Positions 49,961-62,990 of a DNA stretch of 64,000 bases are shown piece by piece. The translations under genes were made by a program, and so were the position numbers. The stretch lies in NCBI RefSeq assembly GCF_001194135.2, contig NC_069002.1:4751378-4815377 (forward strand). The letters run 5' to 3'. Each line of letters opens with the position of its first letter. Positions within the stretch are counted from its first letter, which is position 1. The DNA is from Octopus bimaculoides (Eukaryota). The notes below the pieces were generated by a model. That model worked only from the letters and a program-made list of their open reading frames with translations, ran no database searches and had not been told where the DNA came from.

Positions 49961-51474
49961 CATTAATATTATTATCATTTTTTTTTTTTTGTTTTTTTAC
50001 TGGAAAGCTTGTCATTTTGTTAAAAAGGAAAAAAACTCAAAAAAGGATTTTTTAGAGGACTACCTTGCTTTTTCAAGTGCCACATCCTACCACATATAAC
50101 CAATTCTACCCTCCAACGCTCCTGATTCTAAAGACATAAAAAGAAGCTGTTAGANNNNNNNNNNNNNNNNNNNNNNNNNNNNNNNNNNNNNNNNNNNNNN
50201 NNNNNNNNNNNNNNNNNNNNNNNNNNNNNNNNNNNNNNNNNNNNNNNNNNNNNNNNNNNNNNNNNNNNNNNNNNNNNNNNNNNNNNNNNNNNNNNNNNNN
50301 NNNNNNNNNNNNNNNNNNNNNNNNNNNNNNNNNNNNNNNNNNNNNNNNNNNNNNNNNNNNNNNNNNNNNNNNNNNNNNNNNNNNNNNNNNNNNNNNNNNN
50401 NNNNNNNNNNNNNNNNNNNNNNNNNNNNNNNNNNNNNNNNNNNNNNNNNNNNNNNNNNNNNNNNNNNNNNNNNNNNNNNNNNNNNNNNNNNNNNNNNNNN
50501 NNNNNNNNNNNNNNNNNNNNNNNNNNNNNNNNNNNNNNNNNNNNNNNNNNNNNNNNNNNNNNNNNNNNNNNNNNNNNNNNNNNNNNNNNNNNNNNNNNNN
50601 NNNNNNNNNNNNNNNNNNNNNNNNNNNNNNNNNNNNNNNNNNNNNNNNNNNNNNNNNNNNNNNNNNNNNNNNNNNNNNNNNNNNNNNNNNNNNNNNNNNN
50701 NNNNNNNNNNNNNNNNNNNNNNNNNNNNNNNNNNNNNNNNNNNNNNNNNNNNNNNNNNNNNNNNNNNNNNNNNNNNNNNNNNNNNNNNNNNNNNNNNNNN
50801 NNNNNNNNNNNNNNNNNNNNNNNNNNNNNNCTCATGCATCCTTATTTTTCCAACCATTATATACATGAATTACCATTGAACTTCAAAAGCTCAAAGACAA
50901 TATAATGTATTGATATGTTTATTTTTTTATATATTATTTTCTTCATTTTGTACTTCTTTGTAAAAAACATTTTCATTCTCCTTCTTGAAAATTTGCTTCG
51001 CAATGAAAGCCGGTTAGAAATCTTTATTAAAATATGCTTCCAGTTTAGTATTCTGCCTTATTCTTCATTTTCCTATTATTTCTCCACGTGCGGTTAACAC
51101 AACCCCACTATTTACTGACTTATATATATATGCCAGTGTCACATTAAAAGCACCCAGCTGTAGAAACCAAGCCAAATCAGACTGGAACCTGGTGCAGCTC
51201 TTCTGCTTGTCAATTCTGGTCAAACCATCCAACCCATGCCAGCATGGAAAACAGGCAATAAAGGATGATGATGATGATACATATATGTATGTGTATGTAT
51301 ACCTTCACACACACACACACGCGTGTTTAGGTGCAGGATTCCTGAACGTCTGGCTTGTTCCTTATTGTGTGATAACTCTAGGCAAGAAAGCGCCATCTAC
51401 AATTGTTTGAGATTGTCCTAAGTTATTTCATTGAAATTGAGGTGACACGAACTATACTGAAGCCTTCTTTGGTT

Positions 51475-51640
51475 TGATAGAATGGTTAGCACGCCAAGCG
51501 AGATGCTTAGAGGTATTTCGTCTGTCTTTATGTTCTGAGTTCAAATTCCGCCGAGGTCGACTTACCTTTCATCCTTTCGGGGTTGATTAAATAAGTAACA
51601 GTTACAAACTGAGGTCGATGTGATCGACTTAATCCCTTTA
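51475..51640 (+). mobile_element. SINE family B
   Basis: Match to 43882-44100. Confidence 0.75.
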
Positions 51641-52005
51641 TGTTTAGCCCCTTGTGGGCAATAGAGAAATAAATATTAGTAATTCAAGGAGTCAGCCATC
51701 ACAGTGTCACAATTTGAGCATGCCTGGAAATTATATTAAAGTTTTAAATGCCTGTGGAATATTCCACAGCTTAAACTACGATCCAATGAATATGTAACGC
51801 CATTTAATACTCGTCTAAGTTCGTGAAGGAAGCACTGACATACGTGTGTGTGTGGCTGTGGTTGTACGTCTGTGCTCGTGGGTGTAGGTGTACATCTATG
51901 AGTGTGTGTATGCGTGCGTATGGTCATGTATGCATGCGCATATGTGTGTGCGCACGAGTATGCGTGCGCGCGCGTATTTGTACATGCACGCATGCGTGCG
52001 TATGC

Positions 52006-52045
<40 letters not shown>

Positions 52046-52444
52046 ATACAGACATATTTATATATGTACGTATGCATATACAGACACAAACACACACGTA
52101 TGTTTAAAATACGCATTTTGAATGTTAATTATTTTACATGCAAAAACATTAAAGTACACAACACACGGAGAAATTACACACAGACTGGTATATATATATA
52201 TATACGTACGTGCGTGTGTGTGTGTGTGTGTATACAAAACAATTAGTTCAGGCATTTCATCATCTTAATGACCATTCCACTTCAGATGAGAAACCTTTTT
52301 ATATATCCGCAACAGTTAAACAGTCAGGTTATAAAAACTGTTCGTCTCATTACAGCTTATGTTTCACATATAATTGCAGATTAACGGAACACTTTAAAAA
52401 CACAAAACTTGTAACATGCAACCTAAATACTGTCGCTAATGAAT

Positions 52445-52484
<40 letters not shown>

Positions 52485-52672
52485 TGCATGCGTGTGTGTA
52501 TGCATATTCATGCATGTATGTATACTGCCCATTAACGAAGTATTTAAGATGTACATATATACATACATACACATAGTATATTTAATCCTTGTGTACTAAT
52601 GAATAATTAAACGTTACACAAACAAGTCGACTATAATTTCTTTCTCTGTGTGTGTGTGTAATATCTATTTAC

Positions 52673-52723
<51 letters not shown>

Positions 52724-52879
52724 TCATAACTATATAAACGAAGTGTTAAACGTTATTATAAGAAGGTATGTGTGTGTACATGCGCAAACACACACACAGA
52801 ACTATGTATGCAATTAAGGTTGATGAAGGTTGTGCATGCTACAATTCTCTTTAAAAATTATCCTTTATACACACACAGG

Positions 52880-53012
52880 CACAGGTGTGGGTGTGTGGTA
52901 AGAAGCTTGCTTCTCAACCACATGGTTCTGGGTTCAGTCCCACTGTGTGGCACCTTGAGCAAGTGTCTTCAACTATAGCCTCAGGCTCACCAAAGCCTTG
53001 TGAATGGATTTG
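52880..53012 (+). mobile_element. SINE family A
   Basis: Direct match to 33191-33355. Confidence 0.8.
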
Positions 53013-53064
53013 TTGTATATATATATATATATATGAGTGTGTGTGTGTATGTATGTATATACCA

Positions 53065-53260
53065 TCATCATCGTTTAATGTCTGCTTTCCATGCTAGCAT
53101 GGGTTGGACGATTTGACTGAGGACTGGCAAACCAGATGGCTACACCAGGCTCCAATCTGATCTGGCAGAGTTTCTACAGCTGGATGCCCTTCCTAACGCC
53201 AACCACTCCAAGAGTGTAGTGGGTGCTTTTACGTGCCACCAGCACGAGGGCCAGACAGAT
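53065..53260 (-). mobile_element. Retroposon family C (3' end ...CCAACCCATGCCAGCATGGAAAGCGGACGTTAAACGATGATGATG)
   Basis: Shared 3' end and (GAT)n tail with copies at about 690-790, 4300-4395, 11165-11362, 32290-32525, 51130-51275, 57710-57930 and 61980-62058. Confidence 0.8.
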
Positions 53261-53728
53261 TGGATCCTGTCAAACCATTTAACCCATGTCAGCATGCAAC
53301 GTGGATGTTGAATGATGCTGGACTTGTGGAGAGTTTTGTGGTATGTGTATGTAAACAATAGTGAAAAGGTAATAAATATGAAGTTACTCTCTGGTAACAA
53401 TCACCCAGCTGTGAATAGGTACCATGTGGAGGTAGAGTTCATTGTTCTAAGTAGGAGAGGAAGTGTTAGATAATGGGAAAATTATACTGTGCCATATCTA
53501 CACAACCACCACACAAAGCATGAGTCACAAAAAATCTTCATCCCTGAACAATCAATGATGCTGTTACAAGGGATGAGTTTGCCCTACTCTGAAGAATTAT
53601 CCAGACCACCCACACATCTCGGATGATGCCTCCGATATGAATATTTTACTGGTATTCGGAGTCAGAACCACAAGCCCAATTATCCTATCCTTACACGACT
53701 GTGCATACACACATCATTATGCACGCAT

Positions 53729-53774
<46 letters not shown>

Positions 53775-55552
53775 CAATGTGAAGTATTGACAGACACAAA
53801 TGTGCACGCATTAATGAACACAGATGTGCTTACATCAACACACACACACACATACACAGAAGCACATCTTTGTACAAATATACATCACCTGCATGCATAC
53901 ACCTATGCATCTATATGCACGTTAACATGCACGTCTACACACACCACACACTTTCACTAATTATATAATTTACAAGCCGCTATTCATTGGACATCATTAT
54001 ATTTACTCACAAACACACACATATAAACACAAAGCGACAGGAAGACTGACAGTCAGACAGACTGGACAGACAGACAGACAGACGCGTACACAATGTCCAG
54101 TTGTGGTGACTAATTACATTCAAACCCAACAACTCACCCGTTTCTTTCTCTCTCTCTGGTCGGTGTGGAAACCATTAAAAGAACACAGATTTTTTGGCAG
54201 TCCCTCCTAAATTTGAACCATTCAACCATTCCACATTTCCAGTTAAGAAAAGGAAGTGTGGCGGGGAGGGAGAAAGAGTGGGAGTAAGACATGCGAAGTT
54301 TCCGGAATGGTGAAAAATAAAAAAGGTGTTAGGAGAGGGTTTGGCGATTTCAAATTGCCCATCATACCATACACACCCCATCAACCTGAAGTCTATTGAG
54401 TTTTTTGTTATGCTTGATTGTGGATAAGGATTTTTTTTTTCCTTTTGAGCCAGGAAAGGGTCTTTGTATTTATTTATTTACTTCATTCTTTCATCTGACT
54501 TCCCTGAATCTAACTGCATCTTCACACACCCACCTTTTTTTTTTTTTCAATATAGAAGTCCTATTGAGGCCTTTTGTATATCTCAATTCCCATCTATCAA
54601 TATATATATATATATGTGTGTGTGTGTGCATATATACACACACATACACACACACACATAGATACAAACACACACACATACATATACACACATAAACAAG
54701 TGCACATATACAAAAATACACACACAACTACTCGCAATAAAACATTAATAACTTTGAAATCTGTAAAACTTGTGTGACTGTCTAGTTCTCTCTCTCTCTC
54801 TCTCTCTCTCTCACAGACACACACATACAAACACACACACACACACACATACACATACAATTACACACAAAACAATGCACAAATTTATATCAGCATTCAT
54901 ATCAACATACTCATAGATTACACACAATGCCATACATACAACCAAATACACACGTGCATATCTGTGTGTAATACACACACACACACACATTTTACGCAGT
55001 ATGTATGTAGTGTGTGTATACAATTCTTTGATATTCATTAAATTTCTGTAAAATTGCAAGACATAACCGGAAATTTTAGAACTGGTAATTGTAATGGGAG
55101 GGATAAAAGGGAGGGAGGGCGAAAGGTGGATTGTCTGCCATTGTGATATGCCTCTGATAATAGAACCATTGTTGATGCTGTTGTGTAGCTGCTTCTCCCT
55201 CTCACACATACTGGTGGTGGAGACGGTGGTGGTGGCGGCAGTGGTGGTGGTGGTGGTGGTTCTGGCATCAGAGATATTATTTTCATTGTGATTGTTGATG
55301 ATATAATTAACGCGGTGTATGTGGTGGGGTAGTTAGTGATTGGGTTATTGCTGCTGTTGTTGAAGTAATTACAATAGTATTTGACATCCATCATAAACAG
55401 ATATATATAAATATATACATACATATATANNNNNNNNNNNNNNNNNNNNNNNNNNNNNNNNNNNNNNNNNNNNNNNNNNNNNNNNNNNNNNNNNNNNNNN
55501 NNNNNNNNNNNNNNNNNNNNNNNNNNNNNNNNNNNNNNNNNNNNNNNNNNNN

Positions 55553-55589
<37 letters not shown>

Positions 55590-55795
55590 CCCTGGATGCT
55601 CTGGGGAGCTTGCCTGCCTTGTCAGTCATAAGATAAGTATGTTCTCATGGCTGAGTTGTTTTGACTCTTATTTCTAGCAATGCTGATGCAAACTAGCACC
55701 CTTAGTCAATTTAGTGACATCTATAGTTCTGTCTTTTGATTGTAAATTGTGAATAAGCCACCTTTATTATTATTAATATATCCATATACACACAC

Positions 55796-55828
<33 letters not shown>

Positions 55829-57477
55829 ATATATATTATTTAGTTCAACTTAAAACCCTTCAAAGCATTGCTCCAGCTTGGCTGCAGTCAGATGACCGAA
55901 ACAAGTAAAAGAATAACATAAGTATCAGAGGCGATCAACTAAAACCTCCCAGAAGGGGTGCCCCAGCTTGGTCGCAGTCCAACTACTGAAAACAGTAGAA
56001 GAATAATAGAATATGAAGTTATTCAAACATGATCTGGAATATGGGGTAAACTCCAAAACATATGAATAAATCACAATAATATGTTTCAGATATTTAGTTG
56101 TTGTCATCGTCATCATTGTCATATCAGTAATTAAAAACCATAATCAATTAACTGTTCCCTTTTGTTTAATTAGTCTGGTTTTCTTTTTATTCGTTTTTAA
56201 TTTTGCTGTCCCCCCAACTGTATTCCAATCTATTTGTTGTTGGTGTTTGTTTTAGTTTTTAAATTTTTTTATATATATATATATTTCTTTTTTTCCAAAG
56301 GGGGAAACAAAACCCTCCTCTACCCATTACCCTAGGCATTGTTAAGTCAATGACAAAACACCCACCCGCCCATACCACCACCACCACTACTCTCACTACT
56401 ATACAAGCAGATACCCTGATCAAATGAGAATACTGACAACCATGACAATATTGATGATGATGATGTTGATGATGACAATGAGGGTGATGATGAAAGTTTA
56501 ATATGTACTTCTGCCACTGGGATTGATGGTGCTACAAGGACTGTGAGAAGAAGGGTAGAAAATGGTTGCAGAGCCAGAAAATGAGGAGTGCTATCCCCCA
56601 TCTACCCTCATCTGTCTCCTGTCTACCCTCAAGCTGGATGCCTGTTTATGAAGTCAAAAAATCCAAGAGAGAGAGGAGAGAGAGTATGTGTGTGTGTGAA
56701 TGAGAGAGAGAGTATGTGTGTGTGTGTGTGTGTGTGTGCACACGCACATGCACGTGTGCTCCCTATGATTTCTGACATAACCAATTTCCACAGAAGGGAC
56801 TGTCTGAGCAGTATAGAACTCTGAAGATGACCATCTGCCTCTAGCTGGCTACTGCCACAAAACCACCACCACTACACATGCATAAAAGAGAGGGAGGACT
56901 TCCACCACCATCCCTCCATCCCTCACATAAAAAGTAGGAGAAGCAAAAGCTGCCACCCTCGTCCACATTGTTATTATTCCAAGATAGCTTAATGACTCAT
57001 TCTAATTGTATTTATGTAATGCCAATTGATAATCTGTGAGACTTTAAGCTAGTTCTACCACAGATGATTTTAGCACTGCTCCATGGTACCTAGATTTAAT
57101 TCTACTACAGATGAAGCACCATTGTACAATATTACCTGCTGAGATTTACCACATGCAGTTTTGTTATTACTAATGATATTGTGACTAGCTTTAACACGGT
57201 CCGTGACACTGTGACTAGCTTTACTACGGCTTGTTAAAAGGGACTGGCTTTACCATGGATAGTAAAGCCAGTCCTATGGTAGCTTTGTTACAGCTGGTGG
57301 AAATGTGACTAGTGTTAGTATAACTTGTGGTCCTGTAACTTTATCCCAGTTGGTGATACTGTGGCAAGACGATGACAAGTGATCAAGACTTTTGGAGATT
57401 TGCTGTGCTTTAGAAGATATGTCCAGCTAAATGAAATCGTAGTCATGGTCAGTGCTGGTGATGTATGCACCAATGTT

Positions 57478-57706
57478 GGTAACATGTTAAGGGCACCTGT
57501 GCCAGTGATATGGTAAAGGCATCCCCACCAGTGACACATTAAGGGCACCCATGCCAGTGATTCATTCAGGGCATCCATGCTGGTGACGCGTTAAAGGCAC
57601 CTGTGCCAGTGACATGTTAAAGGCACCTGTGCTGGTGACGCGTTAAAGGCACCTGTGCCAGTGACATGTTAAAGGCACCTGTGCTGGTGACATGTTAAAG
57701 GCACCT
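57478..57706. repeat. 24-bp minisatellite GTGACATGTTAAAGGCACCTGTGC
   Basis: About 9-10 tandem units, more homogeneous towards the 3' side. Confidence 0.85.
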
Positions 57707-57933
57707 GGTACACTCTGTGGAATAGGCATCCAGCTGTAAAAATCATGCCAAAACTGACCTCACCTGTGCTGATGTCACATAAAAAGCATCCAGTCCACAC
57801 TGTGAAGTGGCTGGCATTAGGAAGGGCATCCAGCCATAGAAACCAAGCCAAAACAGACTGGAGCCTGATGCAGCTCTCTGGCTTACCAGCGAGAGTCAAA
57901 CCATCTAACCCATGCCAACATGGAAAAATGGTG

Positions 57934-58056
57934 AAAGTCGATGTATATAAGTCAGTGGACTTGACAACCTTGCTTCATGGTGCTGAATCTTGGACTCTGT
58001 ACCAAAAGCACATCAACCAGCTTGATGCTTTTCATATACGATGCTTGCATACTAGG
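57934..58056 (+). mobile_element. RTE-clade LINE ORF fragment
   Basis: KVDVYKSVDLTTLLHGAESWTLYQKHINQLDAFHIRCL matches the RTE consensus KVY..V.L.TLLYG.E.WT....H...L..FH.RCL. Confidence 0.85.
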
Positions 58057-58735
58057 TTTGTATGAATGATAAAGGACTATGTACTGAAGACATTGTTTTT
58101 TCACTTGCTAGCATACACACACGTGTACACACACATGCACACATACACACACACACATACACATACACACACTCACCTTTGTGAGTGCATACCTGCATGA
58201 ATGTATGCCTGCATACACACATCCTCATATATTAGACATGTTTACCCACGTGCATGCATATATTGTGTATATATATATACACATGCACACGTACAAAAAA
58301 TGTGTGTGTGTGTGTGTGAGAATATATATCTACATATAAATATACATATACACACATATATATATACACACACACACACACACNNNNNNNNNNCATATAC
58401 ACACACACACACACACACACTTATATGTATATTATGTTCCCTCACTTACTCTCTCTCTCTCTCTCTTTCTCCCTATGTTACTCTTTCATTTTCCTTGTTT
58501 TCTCAATAAGGACTAATGTCTGAAATGTCAAGACACTCCATTCTCCTTTCAAGTGTTCAGCTAAAACTAATACCACATCATCATATTTTGTTCTTTCTGA
58601 GTTGTTCATTCTGTGTTGTTTTTAACTGATTTTTACTGAATATTTTACAGACATGAACTCACACACACACACATACACATATTACATATATACATACATA
58701 TAAATACACACACACACACACAAACACACATTCAC

Positions 58736-59000
58736 TTATACTGTAAGAGAGATACTGTCTCTGCAAACAGTAACACATAATATGGCTTACAGAGACTTTA
58801 TTTAAGAGTCAACTACAGCAGCACAACAAACTCATACCATTAATGCCTCCAAAATGACTAAAGATACCATAGTACTTTCCAAACATATTTACTTACTAAA
58901 AGACAGACAGAAACTGCCAACATTTTATGAAGAATGGTAGCTAAACCACAAGCATTTGAAGGTTTTGCAGATTTGAAGTCTTGTTAAAGATATTATACAT
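58736..59000 (+). mobile_element. Penelope-like element GIY-YIG endonuclease remnant
   Basis: Frameshifted YGL(T)ETLFKSQLQQH, VLSKHIYLLKD and NIL*RMVAK resemble YIGLTE..FK.R...H...LSKHIW.LKD...I.W.I. Confidence 0.5.
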
Positions 59001-59350
59001 CTCTGGTGCTGGTGTCACAAGAAATAAAAAGGATATGAGCTGTCTCTTAATGAAGTAATCCCATCACTCATGGCAACATAGAAAGCAAACAAAACAATGA
59101 TGATGACGACGACGACGATGATGATGATGACGACGACGATGATGATGATGATGATGATATTGATTTTGATATATAGATATATTTTGATCAAATCCCCAAC
59201 AGGTTAATATGGGATCTCCTAACGATAATCTAAAGGCCTCTATGAGTAGCTTGCAGTCTATCCTTGTTTGGATAATTTACTACTTCCAACATTCTGCTAG
59301 CTACAAAATATATGTAGCTTAGATTTTATCTGTTCCATTCCCAAATTTTT

Positions 59351-59673
59351 GGCTCAGTGGCTAGAGCATCGAGCTTACGATTGTGAGGTTGTGAGTTCGA
59401 ATCCCTGACCGGACTGCATGTTGTATTCTTGAGCAAGACACTTTATTTCACGTTGCTCCAGTTAACTCAGCTGTAGATATGAGTTGTGACATCACTGGTG
59501 CCAAGCTGTATCGGCCTTTGCCTTTCCTTTGGATAACATTGGTGGCATGGAGAGGGGAGGCTGGTATGCATGGGCAACTGCTGGTCTTCCATAAACAACC
59601 TTGCCCGGACTTGTGCTTGGAAGGGTAACTTTCTGGGTGCAATCCCATGGTCAGTCATGGCAGAAGGGGGCCT
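59351..59673 (+). mobile_element. tRNA-derived SINE family D (about 320 bp)
   Basis: A-box GGCTCAGTGG, B-box GAGTTCGAATCC; an opposite-strand copy lies at 21991-22289. Confidence 0.85.
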
Positions 59674-59708
59674 CAGCATATATATATATATATACATATA
59701 AATACATA

Positions 59709-59788
<80 letters not shown>

Positions 59789-59877
59789 AATCCAAATTGA
59801 GGAAGTGGAACAAATAAAGTCCAGGCTACATATGTTTCCTAGCTAGCAGATCCTCTGATGAAATAATTACTCAATGA

Positions 59878-60028
59878 GGTGTACTCAGTGATGGGGTATT
59901 CAGCCAGCTAGTCATCAGGCCGAAGATACCTTAGTTATATGAAAATTACATTGTCCCTGAAGATACTGAAGTATCTTCAGCCTGATTAGTAGCTGGCTAA
60001 GTACCCATCATTGAATAACTATTACACC
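59878..60028. repeat. Inverted repeat (about 52-bp arms) with internal 10-bp hairpin
   Basis: 59883-59935 pairs with 59965-60016; CTGAAGATAC-TGAA-GTATCTTCAG nested inside. Confidence 0.75.
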
Positions 60029-60466
60029 AGAGGAGCCGCTTGCAAGGAAACATGTGTTGTCTGGATTTTGCCTGTTCCACTCCCTGATTCATAGTGACTC
60101 AAGTTGCTAACCATCAGCTATACAACAAGTTTTTCAGCTAATCGAACTTCAATATGGGAAAAGCCTGCAACCTTCAGCCTCAATAAATTATTATTGTTCC
60201 TGAATGTTGCTTTTTATACCTACCATGGGCTGCTCGAAGTTTATAAACTTTCTACACTTAGATCCTTGGATTTTACAATTACTTACATTTATATATAGGT
60301 GGGGGTGTGGCTGTGTGTTAGAAAGCTTCAGCACAGCCACAGTCAAATGACTGAACCAAGTAATATNNNNNNNNNNNNNNNNNNNNNNNNNNNNNNNNNN
60401 NNNNNNNNNNNNNNNNNNNNNNNNNNNNNNNNNNNNNNNNNNNNNNNNNNNNNNNNNNNNNNNNNN

Positions 60467-60498
<32 letters not shown>

Positions 60499-60664
60499 TG
60501 AATATTTATGTATATACATACATATACACACAATATGCAAATGTGTGTGTGCAGACAGAAATATCTATGTGGGCGTAGCTGTGTGGTTAGGAAGCTTACC
60601 TTTCAACAATGTGGTTCCAGAGTGGACGGAAACCGCACATCAAGCAAAAGGGCAAAAGCTCGCT

Positions 60665-60853
60665 CGCCCGAGGGGGGGAGGGGATCAGTCAATTACATCA
60701 ACCCCAGTCTTCAGCTGGTACTTATTTTATCAACCCTGAAAAGATGAAGGCAAAGCTGACTTCAGCAGAATTTGAACTCAGAACATAATGATGGGTAAAA
60801 TGCTGCTGAGCATTTTGCCTGATGTTCTAATGATTCTGCCAGCTTCACCACCT
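60665..60853 (-). mobile_element. SINE family B
   Basis: Reverse-complement match. Confidence 0.75.
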
Positions 60854-61742
60854 TAATCAATAATAATAATAATAATGTTATTGTTCAGATACGCACAACA
60901 GACACATAACTTCTCTCCCCCTCACATGCAAACACCACATTCCTAAACATTCATAAACCCTCACCCTTTCACACTTACATGACTTCCAGACAAACCCAAA
61001 TCGACTTCCTTCCTTCTCCCGCTTCTCTCACACTACTGTTATGACTGTTATCGTTTCCTTTACCTTATCAATAAAAACCAAAAGCTGCCCCACCTCATGG
61101 AAACCTGACCAGTGGACCTTACCATAGATATTTTCGATACGGTCAGTGAACAAGACCCCGACCATTTCATTTTCCATTACAACACTTCAGTGATCAGTAA
61201 CTGATCAATAATTGATTAATTAATTGGTCTTCCCTCATCACTCACCAGTTCAACCTCCGTCCGTTATCGTTCATAATAAACAGAGAATCTTTATTATAGT
61301 CCACAATGGGAGTTTATTCACACATATATACACTAAAAGCATTGTGTGCGCACAGATACATATGTTTGAATGTGTACATGTACATATGCACATATCTATC
61401 CATATATACATGTTATATATATATATACACACACATACATAAAGAGATATACACCTTTATCATGTAGGAAGTTTATTTCTGTAATAACTATATGTATGTA
61501 TATATGTGTATGTATGTATGTATGTGTTTGTTAAACATTAGTTCATAATAGTGTAGTGTACACACACGTACATATGCACAAATATACATATACAAACACA
61601 CAGCACACAAATGTATATGTAAACACGCACACACATAATAGAGCTGCTGGAAAGAACTCTAACAGAGGATACACTCTGCATGCTAAATCCGAGACATAAG
61701 GGGGTTTCTGTTTTCTAATTAAAAGGATAATTTCAGTTAAAG

Positions 61743-62990
61743 CAGTGGTTTCCAATCTTTTTTGCATCAAAACCGGTTTCGCGAGCAGAAGTACCCAGCA
61801 TTGCCCAGTTTAAAGACAATAATGAGATTTCATTCAAAGATTTTATAGACGAGTTTTTTTCTAAATAATTATTGTGGTTGGTGATTCTAACATTACTGGC
61901 ATAACAAATTCTGTGAGATCAACAACGGTTAATATACTTGAGAGAGAAAACACATAAAAAGCAAGTTATGATAAAACTTCTCCTGGCTTGCCAGTCCTCA
62001 GTCAAACCGTCCAACCCATACCAGCATGGAAAGCGGACGTTAAACGATGATGATGATGATACAACATGATAATGAGTTTTTTCCAGTGGAGTATAAATGG
62101 AAAGATATTTTGAACTTCTAACATGTGAGCATCCAACATGAGGGAAGCAAGGCTCCTCTAATTGCAAACTGGTTACTGATAATGTCTGCCCTTGCAATTT
62201 GTTGATGGACACTGCGAAATTTCGTCTAATTGGAAACTGTACTCTTTGAAATTGTGAATCAGTAGGTATTAATGGACTTCTAGCAATGAATACATTATTG
62301 CCTGGTCCACATCCGGAGAGTACAGTAGCTTCTATAACATGTGGCATCATTTTCTTCACAATAAGTCTTACTTCATTACACAATTTTGGAGGATCTAAAT
62401 TTCTTAGAAGCATTACAGGTGTTCAAGTCAAGCTTATGAGGAGGTAAATTTGATGGTTGCAGTGAATTTAAGAACTCAATTGGATAATTTACTTTTTATG
62501 CGAATCACGTCAGATCGACGATGGGAAGGATGACTTCCCTTTGTAAATACCGACAGGGCACAGAAAGTGTGTCAATAGCCAGCTGCAGGAGATGTTCTCC
62601 TGGGGCTAAAAGCAACAGTAACATTCACCCTTAGGGTTTAGTCGCATTTAAGTGGCAAATATACTTCACTTTGAACACGATTATTTTTACTAGTTATTGA
62701 ATGCATTGATAACAAACAGACAAACAAGCGATTTTATACTTACATATATACTTTTTTTTTTATTAAAGCCGCAAAAACATTACAAAAAACTTCCTCCGAG
62801 TTTCACATTCGCAATCGTCGAACAGTTGTGATCAAGATATGACATATATGTATATAATGTTAGAGGATATATATGTATATATAACGCAAAAGCATCCTAA
62901 AGACTGCGATAGTCAATAAAACAGGAATAAAATTTTATTCTCTTTGTGCAGACCGGTATTGGTCCGCGACCCTGTCGATCGGGACCTTTG
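61743..62990. mobile_element. Charlie/hAT-type MITE ends enclosing the Helitron fragment
   Basis: Left CAGTGGTTTCCAATCTTTTTTGCATCAAAACCGGTTTCG and right GACCGGTATTGGTCCGCGACCC..GGGACCTTTG resemble MER1-like termini (from memory); no TSD seen. Confidence 0.45.
61782..62489 (-). mobile_element. Helitron 3' fragment (PIF1-like helicase C-terminus, decayed) with 3' hairpin
   Basis: NYPIEFLNSLQPSNLPPHKL / MLLRNLDPPKLCN..RLIVKKMMPHVIEAT / QFPIR.NFAVSINK.QGQTL; terminal CTGGGCAATGCTGGG-TACTTCTG-CTCG approximates hairpin plus CTAG. Confidence 0.9.

Noticed and set aside
51752-51769. Perfect 18-bp palindrome CTGTGGAATATTCCACAG
   Set aside because: About what chance would give in 64 kb of AT-rich DNA; no other support.
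55038-55586. Minus-strand polyproline ORF
   Set aside because: Derived from a (GGT)n microsatellite and spans a gap.
56420-56585. Acidic D/E-rich open frame
   Set aside because: Decayed (GAT)n repeat with no splice signals.
57478-57706. CRISPR-like array
   Set aside because: Contiguous tandem units without unique spacers, in a eukaryotic context.
59351-59410. tRNA gene
   Set aside because: A/B boxes continue into a SINE body shared with 21991-22289; no complete cloverleaf.
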